Of a DNA stretch of 43,098 nt, positions 29,754 through 37,571 are shown piece by piece. The translations under genes were made by a program, and so were the position numbers. The stretch lies in the NCBI GenBank assembly GCA_013205455.1, contig JABMMO010000004.1, forward strand, positions 1 through 43,098, written 5' to 3'. Position 1 is the stretch's first letter. Every line of letters begins with the position of its first letter. Source of the DNA: Actinomycetota bacterium (GTDB lineage: Bacteria > Actinomycetota > Actinomycetes > Nanopelagicales > Nanopelagicaceae). Below the pieces are notes generated by a model. That model saw only the letters and a program-made list of their open reading frames with translations, made no database searches and was not told the origin of the DNA.

Positions 29754-30695
29754 TTGAGCGCTGCGGCTACAAACCAAGTCGCTAACGAGAGCTTTGGGTC
29801 GAAAGATCCAAAGCTCTCTGTTCTTGGTTTGTTCATGGCCTTGCCACCTATTTTGGTGCTCGGTACATTTATTGGATTTCCAATTGGTTTAGCTTTCTTA
29901 TTCTCAATTGGTTTCACCGGTGGCCTCAACGAAGTACTTTCAATTATTGGCCAAGATGTGCGCGGCCGAGATGGCAAGTTATTCACCCTGCAAGCGTATA
30001 AAGATGTAATTGCGGATCCACGTTTTGCCGGAGATGTAAAAACAACGCTAATAGTTTCATTTGTTGCGACAGTATTTGTTTTGTTATTTTCAACCGGAAT
30101 TGGTTTATTACAACGACTTCGTGGCGGAAAACTTTCCTCCGTGTTGACTGCGCTCTCGCTAACACCGCTATTTATTCCAGTAGTAATTTCTTCGTGGGCG
30201 CTCTATACCTTTTATGGTAGCGCTGGCCTCTATCGCACTATTTTTCATTCGTTTGGTATCGATGTTCCACAGATAACATCAACGATGCTTGCTGTTATTA
30301 TTGGTTCAATCTGGGTCTCGTTGCCGTTCGCGACATTAATGATAACTTCAGGATTACAATCTGTACCCAATGCTTTAATCGAAGCTGCCCAAGATGCTGG
30401 CGCGAGTTTAATTACCATTATTAGAACGGTTATGTTGCCGTTAGCTTTGATTCCGATAATTATTGCTCTCACATTCACTTCTATCGGCATCTTAGGTTCA
30501 TTCACAGTTCCATTTTTCTTAGGAGCAAATCAGCCAACTATGTTTGGCGTAGAAATCACCAACTTCTTCTCTGTCTATAATCGACCACAACAGTCGATAG
30601 TTATGGCGTTTATTGTTTTTGCCGCTGCTTCTGGGATCGCGTTCTTCTACATTTGGGCAAATTTTCGCAATGCTAAAGAGAGTGGGAGAGTTTGA
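29754..30695 (+). CDS. ABC transporter permease 1
   Basis: Six hydrophobic segments. EAA loop IEAAQDAGASLITIIRTVMLPL. The start is ambiguous: TTG 29754 puts the stem-loop inside the gene, while TTG 29829 or ATG 29835 leave it intergenic. Confidence 0.8.
   Translation: MSAAATNQVANESFGSKDPKLSVLGLFMALPPILVLGTFIGFPIGLAFLFSIGFTGGLNEVLSIIGQDVRGRDGKLFTLQAYKDVIADPRFAGDVKTTLIVSFVATVFVLLFSTGIGLLQRLRGGKLSSVLTALSLTPLFIPVVISSWALYTFYGSAGLYRTIFHSFGIDVPQITSTMLAVIIGSIWVSLPFATLMITSGLQSVPNALIEAAQDAGASLITIIRTVMLPLALIPIIIALTFTSIGILGSFTVPFFLGANQPTMFGVEITNFFSVYNRPQQSIVMAFIVFAAASGIAFFYIWANFRNAKESGRV
29787..29818 (+). promoter_or_regulatory. Intercistronic RNA stem-loop (14-bp stem, GAAA tetraloop)
   Basis: GAGAGCTTTGGGTC-GAAA-GATCCAAAGCTCTC gives 13 Watson-Crick pairs plus one G-U pair. 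It starts 39 nt after the SBP stop and is followed by the T-rich TGTTCTTGGTTTGTTC. Confidence 0.55.
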
Positions 30696-31537
30696 TGGCA
30701 AAGGATGTCCAGCCGCTCAATCTCTACACTAAATCAGTTGGTGTAAAGGTATTACTATCACTTTTCTCGGGCTTCATGCTGCTTTTGATCGTAGGACCAT
30801 TGCTCTGGTTAGCAATACATGCATTTGCAACCGAGTGGTTATTCCCTAGTTATAAGCCGAAAGGCTGGACGCTGGATTGGTTCCGTAAAGTATTTGAGGT
30901 TCCAACTCTTGTTGACGCAATGAAAACCTCATTAATTATTTCTCCCATAGTTGTATTACTTTCTGCAGTTATTTGTTTACCAGCCGCTTATGCATCAGCC
31001 AGATACAACTATTGGGGTCGCAAATCTTTTTTAATTATAATGTTTGCATCAAATGCTTTTCCTAAAATTGGGTTATTTGCAACCATTGCAACACTTTATT
31101 ATTTCTTAAACTTGATGGGCACGCTTGTTGGTGTAATTATTATTCAAGTACTAGGGACTATTATTTTCATGACTTGGATTCCAGCTGCGGCCTTTGCAGC
31201 AGTGCCAAAATCCTTAGAAGAAGCAGCCCGCGATGCTGGCGCTGGCAAGTTCCGGGTTTTCCGTACCATCACGTTAAAAATGGCAATGCCCGGAATTTTA
31301 GTAGCAATGGTCATGTCGTTCATTTATGCATTTGATGAAGCCCAAGGAACATTCTTGATTGGCGCGCCAACTATCTACACCATGCCAACTGCGATGTATG
31401 CGATTGTCGAAACTTACCCAATTCAAGTTACTGCAGTATTTTCGATACTTTTAACGATCCCATCAGTTCTTCTAATAGGTTTAGCACGTAAGCACATCAT
31501 CGGTGGCCAATTGGCTGAAGGTTTCCAGATCAAATGA
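30695..31537 (+). CDS. ABC transporter permease 2
   Basis: The ATG at 30695 overlaps the upstream TGA by 1 nt (TGATG), with GGGAGAG upstream. EAA loop LEEAARDAGAGKFRVFRTITLKMAMPG. Confidence 0.85.
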   Translation: MAKDVQPLNLYTKSVGVKVLLSLFSGFMLLLIVGPLLWLAIHAFATEWLFPSYKPKGWTLDWFRKVFEVPTLVDAMKTSLIISPIVVLLSAVICLPAAYASARYNYWGRKSFLIIMFASNAFPKIGLFATIATLYYFLNLMGTLVGVIIIQVLGTIIFMTWIPAAAFAAVPKSLEEAARDAGAGKFRVFRTITLKMAMPGILVAMVMSFIYAFDEAQGTFLIGAPTIYTMPTAMYAIVETYPIQVTAVFSILLTIPSVLLIGLARKHIIGGQLAEGFQIK

Positions 31538-31556
31538 TGAAAGCGAGTAGATAGCA

Positions 31557-32573
31557 ATGGCTAATCAAAGTGGAGAAGGTCTCGAGCTAGTCGGCCTCCG
31601 CAAAATATTAGGTGGTCGAGTAATCATCGATGACTTAAACCTTGTAGTTAACAAGGGCGAGATGGTTTCACTGCTCGGTCCATCAGGTTGCGGCAAGACC
31701 ACGACACTTCGCATGATTGCTGGATTTTTAATTCCGGAATCTGGAAAAGTTTTCTTAGCCGGGAAAGATGTAACTGAAATTGGACCAGAAAAGCGCCCGA
31801 GCGCAATGGTTTTCCAAAATTATGCGCTCTGGCCACACATGACCGTTTTTAAGAACGTTGCATATCCGCTCAAGGTAAGAAAAATGTCGAAGTCCGAGAT
31901 TGAAAAACGAGTACACGATGTCCTAGAAATGGTGAACTTAATGCACCATAAAGATTCGCGCCCAGCTCAAATTTCTGGCGGCGAACAACAACGTGTTGCA
32001 CTTGCTCGAGCTTTAGTTCAAGAGCCAGACATTCTCTTGCTCGATGAACCACTTTCTAATCTTGATGCAAAGCTCCGCGTTAAAGTTCGTGAAGATATTC
32101 GCGAACTGCAACGCCGGCTCGGCATTACCACGGTAATTGTGACCCATGATCAAGATGAAGCGCTATCTATTTCAGATCGAATTGCTGTTATGAATGAAGG
32201 ACGCATTGAACAATTTAGTACGCCACAGGAGCTTTATGATGCGCCACAAACTGAATATGTAGCTAACTTTATTGGCTCACTAAACCGCGTTACTGGATCA
32301 TTCGAAAACGGTGCGATTTCTGCTGGCAGTGATGTGATCGGAATTCGCCCTGAGGATGTTTTCTTTAGCAAAAACCAAATACCTGGCAGCGTTGCTGCGA
32401 CCGTTACTTTGGTTGTGCCGCGTGGTCATTTCTATGAAGTCTATTTAAAACGAAACGATGCAGAGTTGAGAGCATTTGTTTCCAGTGAAGTACCTAAGGC
32501 TGGCGATGCCGGTTTTGCTAACATCACTAAAGCGCTGATTTATCGGGATGGCAAGCTAGTAAGAACTGCTTAA
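31557..32573 (+). CDS. ABC transporter ATP-binding protein with C-terminal regulatory (TOBE-like) domain
   Basis: Walker A GPSGCGKTT, signature ISGGEQQRVALARAL, Walker B ILLLDEPLSNLD, H-loop VTHDQDEA. About 100 extra C-terminal residues. Confidence 0.92.
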   Translation: MANQSGEGLELVGLRKILGGRVIIDDLNLVVNKGEMVSLLGPSGCGKTTTLRMIAGFLIPESGKVFLAGKDVTEIGPEKRPSAMVFQNYALWPHMTVFKNVAYPLKVRKMSKSEIEKRVHDVLEMVNLMHHKDSRPAQISGGEQQRVALARALVQEPDILLLDEPLSNLDAKLRVKVREDIRELQRRLGITTVIVTHDQDEALSISDRIAVMNEGRIEQFSTPQELYDAPQTEYVANFIGSLNRVTGSFENGAISAGSDVIGIRPEDVFFSKNQIPGSVAATVTLVVPRGHFYEVYLKRNDAELRAFVSSEVPKAGDAGFANITKALIYRDGKLVRTA

Positions 32574-32578
32574 TTCTA

Positions 32579-34093
32579 ATGTCCACAAACTCAACAAATA
32601 TTTGCGCTCATCGAGGCGATTCCAGTCGCTTTCGCGAGAACACAATCGTTGCGATTAAATCTGCGATTGATTCTGGTGCAGCTGTTGTTGAGATTGATGT
32701 TCAAATTTCCAAAGATGGAAAAGTAGTAGTAATACATGACCCAACCCTAGAAAGACTTTGGGGTTTAGATAGGAATGTTTCCGAAGTTAATTGGTCCGAA
32801 ATTTCTGAGCTTGGCGCAGCCGAGAATAAAATACCGCTGCTTTCCGATGTATTGCCGCTCTTTGAGAACTCTAAATCAGTTTTGATGATAGATATGGGAG
32901 AGAGTGGTCCCGCAAAATTAGCTTTTGAAGTTGCGTCAAAGAGCAACGCAAAGATTTACTGGTGTGGCGACTTAGAAGGCATGCGTATCATTCGCTCACT
33001 CTCAGAGAGTGCGAATATCTGGATGCCGTGGGATGTCAATGCAACAGTGACTGCCGCTGATATTGTTGAACTAAAACCAACTTTCATAAATTACCATTAT
33101 TCATTCTTAACCAAGAGCAAAGTCGAAGCTACTCACGCACTTGGCTGCAAAGTATCAATTTGGACTGTTGATGATGAAGCCACAATGCGTTGGGCAAAAG
33201 CTATTGGAATCGATTCTGTTACAACAAACGAGTTAGCGCTATTGCAGCGAGTACTTAGTGAACCGCCATTAATTTCTAAAAATGAGAAAAAGGCAGCAGA
33301 TATCGATCTTGATCGTGCGCTAATAGTCGCGCGAGATCTTGGAAAATGGGCGATTCTGGTGGCAAAATCGATGGACCCAGGAAAAATTGAATTGAAAGAA
33401 AATCCTGCCGATATCGTTACTGAAATTGATGTGATGATTGAAGCCCATGTTCGAGAAGTAATCTCTGCTAATTTTCCTGGCCATAATTTCGTGGGCGAGG
33501 AGATGGGGGGCACTTATCTTGCCGAAACACCAGCTTGGTATTTAGATCCAATTGATGGCACCACGAATTTTGCAAATCGAATGCCTTGGAGTTCATTTTC
33601 ACTAGCGCTAGCCTTTAATCGCACGCCGTTACTTGGAATCGTGATTGACCCATGGCGTGATGAACTTTATGAAGCTGCAAAAGGTAAAGGTGCGAAAGTT
33701 AATGGTAAAACTCTAAAAGTTGAGAACTTAACTGGTGTAGAAAATCCGCTTAGTAGTCGTATAGTTTCGACGGAGTTGGCGGCTTATCAACCTTGGCCCG
33801 GAATGCTTGGCTTACTTGAAGAGCTAGCGAAGAACTTCTGCACGATGCGAATAATGGGATCCGGAACTTTAACCGTAAACGGAGTAGCGGCTAATCGTGG
33901 CGTTGGCGCAGTGATTGGCCAATTCAGCCCGATTGATCATTTAGCAGCGGTAATAATTGTGCATGAAGCGGGCGGCGTTGTTTATGACGAAACTGGGAAA
34001 GTTAACTTATTTCCAGAGACTGGCGGAATTATGACTGCAACTCCGGCTGCTGCAGATGCACTATATAAAATCTGGCAGAAAGTTATTTCATAA
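32579..34093 (+). CDS. Fusion protein: glycerophosphodiester phosphodiesterase (GDPD) domain + inositol-monophosphatase-family (IMPase) domain
   Basis: N-terminal half: CAHRGDS..RENT, VVEIDVQISKDGKVVVIHDPTLERL, SIWTVDD, DSVTTNE (GDPD). C-terminal half: ADIVTEIDV, NFVGEEMGG, WYLDPIDGTTNF, IIVHEAGGVV (IMPase family). One uninterrupted 504-codon ORF. Confidence 0.8.
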   Translation: MSTNSTNICAHRGDSSRFRENTIVAIKSAIDSGAAVVEIDVQISKDGKVVVIHDPTLERLWGLDRNVSEVNWSEISELGAAENKIPLLSDVLPLFENSKSVLMIDMGESGPAKLAFEVASKSNAKIYWCGDLEGMRIIRSLSESANIWMPWDVNATVTAADIVELKPTFINYHYSFLTKSKVEATHALGCKVSIWTVDDEATMRWAKAIGIDSVTTNELALLQRVLSEPPLISKNEKKAADIDLDRALIVARDLGKWAILVAKSMDPGKIELKENPADIVTEIDVMIEAHVREVISANFPGHNFVGEEMGGTYLAETPAWYLDPIDGTTNFANRMPWSSFSLALAFNRTPLLGIVIDPWRDELYEAAKGKGAKVNGKTLKVENLTGVENPLSSRIVSTELAAYQPWPGMLGLLEELAKNFCTMRIMGSGTLTVNGVAANRGVGAVIGQFSPIDHLAAVIIVHEAGGVVYDETGKVNLFPETGGIMTATPAAADALYKIWQKVIS

Positions 34094-34106
34094 TAGTGTT
34101 TTGCAA

Positions 34107-35012
34107 ATGATCAAAAACAATCCGATGGTCTTGGCTATAGATGTTGGAGCTTCAAAAATATCTGGTGCAATTGTTGATAGAAACCTTAAAATTGTACATA
34201 AAGATTTAAAAGCAAGTAGGGATAGTGTCACAGGATTAGCTGATCAAAATCTGGATCGCACCAAGAAAATGATTAAAACATTGCACGTTATAGCAAATAA
34301 CGAAGATATCTCGATATTTAGCGCTGCAGCCGGCTTTCCTGAATACGTAGACTTAGCGGGCAATTTAACTAGTAAGGATCAAATAGATTGGCAGATTCAA
34401 CCTAGTTTGGATTTTTCACAAATCTTGCCAGTACCTTGGACTATTCAATCTGATGTCAGATGTGCTGGAATCGCAGAAGCTCGGTTAGGTAGTGGTAAGA
34501 ATGAATCTGATTTCGTCTATATAACTATTAGTACCGGTATCTCGCACACACATTTCATTGGCGGAAAGCCTATTTCGGGCTTTGATGGACGAGCCATCGG
34601 GTTCGGCGTAATTGAAATAGACACTGGGAGTGAAATTGTGCCTCTGGAAAATTTTTCTTCTGGCCTAGGAATCGCTCGTCGGTATAGCGCTATTACCGGA
34701 GATACGAATATTAATGCAAATTCACTATTTGCTGATTTTAAAAGCAACAGTTTGGCTAGAGAAATTATTGAATCTGCAGCTGCAATTTTAGGAAGGGAAA
34801 TTGCCATTTTTGGGAATTCATTGCCAACTAAGGTAATCGTAATTGGCGGCGGACTTTGGATGGGTAGCGAGATTTATCGTAACCTGGTACTAACCTCTTT
34901 TCAAAAAATATCTAAAGAATTGGGTTACAACGGAAATATTTTAAACGCCACAGTTTTAGATGCAGGAGTAATAGGTACTGCCATTTATGCTTTAGAAAGT
35001 GTTACTAATTAG
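34107..35012 (+). CDS. ROK-fold protein lacking the canonical zinc motif (putative sugar/cyclitol kinase)
   Basis: I chose the ATG at 34107, 13 nt after the upstream stop. LAIDVGASKISG, QSDVRCAGIAEARLGSG, ITISTGISHT, VIGGGLW, GVIGTA. No HTH domain and no ExGH/CxCGxxGC segment. Confidence 0.65.
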   Translation: MIKNNPMVLAIDVGASKISGAIVDRNLKIVHKDLKASRDSVTGLADQNLDRTKKMIKTLHVIANNEDISIFSAAAGFPEYVDLAGNLTSKDQIDWQIQPSLDFSQILPVPWTIQSDVRCAGIAEARLGSGKNESDFVYITISTGISHTHFIGGKPISGFDGRAIGFGVIEIDTGSEIVPLENFSSGLGIARRYSAITGDTNINANSLFADFKSNSLAREIIESAAAILGREIAIFGNSLPTKVIVIGGGLWMGSEIYRNLVLTSFQKISKELGYNGNILNATVLDAGVIGTAIYALESVTN

Positions 35013-35805
35013 GAGTTGCGGCGAATTTATCAGCAATGATTAACGCGTTGCTGCATTCAGCGATAATTGTGGCCGGCCAATCAGATTCATATTTGGTTGC
35101 CATAGAAATTCTTTTATAAGCTCGTTTTTTATCAGGCCCGGCCAACAACATAATTGCCTGCTTTGAAACATCCACTATCGTCGCTGGACCAACCGTAACT
35201 CCATAATTGGGCACTTCATCAAGTGATGCAAAATCTGGGAAAGTTTTTAAATTATCCTTGCGAGTTTCGACTGACAATGGTGTTATGCGAGTTCTGTCAT
35301 TTCTATCGCTTCCAACTCCGTTAAAAGCAACGTGGCCATCACTGGCACCTGAAGCTAGCAAAAATATATCGACACCTAATTTCATTAGGGTATCTTCAAA
35401 GGTCTTGGGGTCTCTAGCATCTGGAATTAGAACATTTGACATTAGAATCTGATTTTTGTGAGGTAAATCCCCATTTAATACATCTCTAATTTCATCGTAA
35501 GCAAATTTCTTACAACTGAAATGAGATTTGATATCGACATTGTTAAATGATGCGTCTTTACCTTGAATGGCATAGTCATCCATCATGGCAATCACCACAT
35601 GGCTTAAAGACTGATTATTTCTCTTTATCAAATTCGCCAACGCGCTATAAGTTGATCGGGGAGTGCGGCCACCGGGACAGCCCAGTACGAAAAGATTTCC
35701 AATGTCATAACATTTCTTGAGCTCTACAAAAACTAATTCGGCCGCAATTTTACCGAGGTCAATTTCATCTGATGCAATTATAGATTCTGATTTTTTAGAT
35801 TTCAT
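35005..35805 (-). CDS. Glucosamine-6-phosphate deaminase/isomerase (NagB)-family protein
   Basis: FVLGCPGGRTP, MMDDY, ASGASDGHVAFNG, TRITPLSVETRKDN, VPNYGVTVGPAT align by eye with E. coli NagB blocks (GLPTGGTP, NMDEY, GNDGHIAFNEP, TRIKTL..DTR, VP..ALTVG). Last gene of the minus-strand ABC operon. Confidence 0.75.
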   Translation of the reverse strand: MKSKKSESIIASDEIDLGKIAAELVFVELKKCYDIGNLFVLGCPGGRTPRSTYSALANLIKRNNQSLSHVVIAMMDDYAIQGKDASFNNVDIKSHFSCKKFAYDEIRDVLNGDLPHKNQILMSNVLIPDARDPKTFEDTLMKLGVDIFLLASGASDGHVAFNGVGSDRNDRTRITPLSVETRKDNLKTFPDFASLDEVPNYGVTVGPATIVDVSKQAIMLLAGPDKKRAYKRISMATKYESDWPATIIAECSNALIIADKFAATPN

Positions 35806-35806
35806 T

Positions 35807-36634
35807 TTATTCTTTCACAGCTCCTGAAATAATGCCTCTAATTAATCTTCGTTGTAAGAATAAGTAAGCAATAAGTACAGGTAATGCTACTAATACCGCG
35901 GCTGCAGCAGTTACAGGCGGTTCGCTATTTCTGCGATTGCCAGCGAAAAAGGAGAGTGAAAGCGGAACTGTTTGAATAGATGTATTACTTGGGATCAAAA
36001 CTAAGGCTAGAAGGAACTCGTTCCATGTGAATAGAAAAAGAAGGGTTGCAAGTGTGCCAATAGCCGATTTAGCAAGTGGAATTAGGATGAATCTTAAGCT
36101 TTGAATTCTGTTAGCCCCATCTAAACTTGCTGACTCAATGATTGATTTCGGCACGGTACTAAAAAAAGTACGTAACCACAGAACAGCAAAAGGCATAGAC
36201 AGGGCAACCTGAGGAAGAATTAGCGCCCAGTAAGTATTTAATAAATGCAGTGAGCTCATCATTTCATACAGCGAAATTACTACACCTTCATACGGCATCA
36301 CTAAGCCGAAAAGTAATAAAACCAGAATAGTTTTTGCAAAGGGTACTTGCATCAATGCAAAAGCGTAACCTGCCAAAATTGCACAAAATAAGGTAAGTAA
36401 AACAACGCAACTTGATACGAGAAGACTTGAAAGCATTGCATGGTTAAAAGCACCACGTTGCCAAGCTTCAACATAATTTCCTAAGTAAAATCCGAGAAAT
36501 TCATTTTGAACTTTAGAATTGTTGCTTTTACTGGTTAGTGAGAGGTTTACAATTGAAAAGAGCGGATAAATAGCGATTACAGCACCTAAAATCAAAACAA
36601 AATATGCAATAGTTTTTTCTTTGATATTAATCAT
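35807..36634 (-). CDS. Carbohydrate ABC transporter permease (MalG-like)
   Basis: Six hydrophobic segments. EAA loop ESASLDGANRIQSLRFILIPLAKS. 8-nt overlap with the upstream permease gene. Confidence 0.88.
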   Translation of the reverse strand: MINIKEKTIAYFVLILGAVIAIYPLFSIVNLSLTSKSNNSKVQNEFLGFYLGNYVEAWQRGAFNHAMLSSLLVSSCVVLLTLFCAILAGYAFALMQVPFAKTILVLLLFGLVMPYEGVVISLYEMMSSLHLLNTYWALILPQVALSMPFAVLWLRTFFSTVPKSIIESASLDGANRIQSLRFILIPLAKSAIGTLATLLFLFTWNEFLLALVLIPSNTSIQTVPLSLSFFAGNRRNSEPPVTAAAAVLVALPVLIAYLFLQRRLIRGIISGAVKE

Positions 36635-37526
36635 GAGATTCTCTTCGTGCTAGTAACAATAATCCAGTTACTGTAAGAATCACTATTGCTAACAAAAATG
36701 AGGTAGCCGCAGCTTCGCCTACATATCGATTGACAAATGCAGATTTATAAATGAATAAACTAGGAACATTGGTAGAATTCCCCGGGCCACCTTGAGTAGC
36801 ATTCCAAACAATATCAAAATTGCGCAGAGCAAAAGTTAAAGTAATAATCAGTACAATCGATATCTCACCTTTTATACTTGGAATTAAAATATATCTAAAT
36901 TCCTGCCGCATATTGGCGCCATCTATTCGATCGGCATCCAGTAGGTCTTGAGAAATTCGTTGAGCACCAGATAGAAAAAGAATCATTGCAAGCCCATAAT
37001 TTATCCAAGTGCCGATTATTCCAACTGCAATTAATGATGTATCAAAATTGCCGAGCCAGGCAGTTGTAATTTTTTCCGCTCCAAATTTTGCCAAAAGAGC
37101 ATTTATCGGGCCATCGGCTGCATAAATCCATCTCCAGGAAATCGCCACTACTACAGTGGATATTATTTGAGGTAGAAATAAAATTGCCCTAAAGAAGGAT
37201 TCGCCTCTAATTTTTACCCTTAAAAGAAGAAGAGTGATTAGTAGCCCAACGGCTATTGGAATTAAGCTGTAAAACAGAACAAAGACTAAAGAATGTGAAA
37301 ATGCTGAATAAATTTCCGGATTAGATAGAACTTTTTTGTAGTTATCTAATCCAACCCATACCCCGGGAGAAATTCGATCCCATTTCCAAAAGGATAGCCA
37401 AATTGTTTGGAAAATAGGATAAACCACAAATATTGAGAATAAGGAGATTGCAGGAGCAATGAATAATAATGAAGACCATTCAGCATAACGAAAGCGCCAC
37501 ATCAATTTTTTTAGAGACATTTTCAA
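36627..37526 (-). CDS. Carbohydrate ABC transporter permease (MalF-like)
   Basis: EAA loop DADRIDGANMRQEFRYILIPSIKG. The start is TTG 37526 or ATG 37520, with GAGG upstream. Confidence 0.88.
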   Translation of the reverse strand: MKMSLKKLMWRFRYAEWSSLLFIAPAISLFSIFVVYPIFQTIWLSFWKWDRISPGVWVGLDNYKKVLSNPEIYSAFSHSLVFVLFYSLIPIAVGLLITLLLLRVKIRGESFFRAILFLPQIISTVVVAISWRWIYAADGPINALLAKFGAEKITTAWLGNFDTSLIAVGIIGTWINYGLAMILFLSGAQRISQDLLDADRIDGANMRQEFRYILIPSIKGEISIVLIITLTFALRNFDIVWNATQGGPGNSTNVPSLFIYKSAFVNRYVGEAAATSFLLAIVILTVTGLLLLARRESHD

Positions 37527-37571
37527 TATACCTCTTTTATTGATGTGACGCTTTGCATTATTTAGTTTATT

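Noticed and set aside
34100-37530. An apparently lower-GC stretch that might mark a horizontally acquired island.
   Set aside because: My hand counts of single 60-nt lines ranged from about 27% to 47% G+C inside this stretch, against about 48-50% in secA and iolD. The low values fall in permease genes, where hydrophobic codons (TTT/ATT) lower GC. There are no flanking repeats, tRNA or integrase. A proper sliding-window calculation is needed before any claim.
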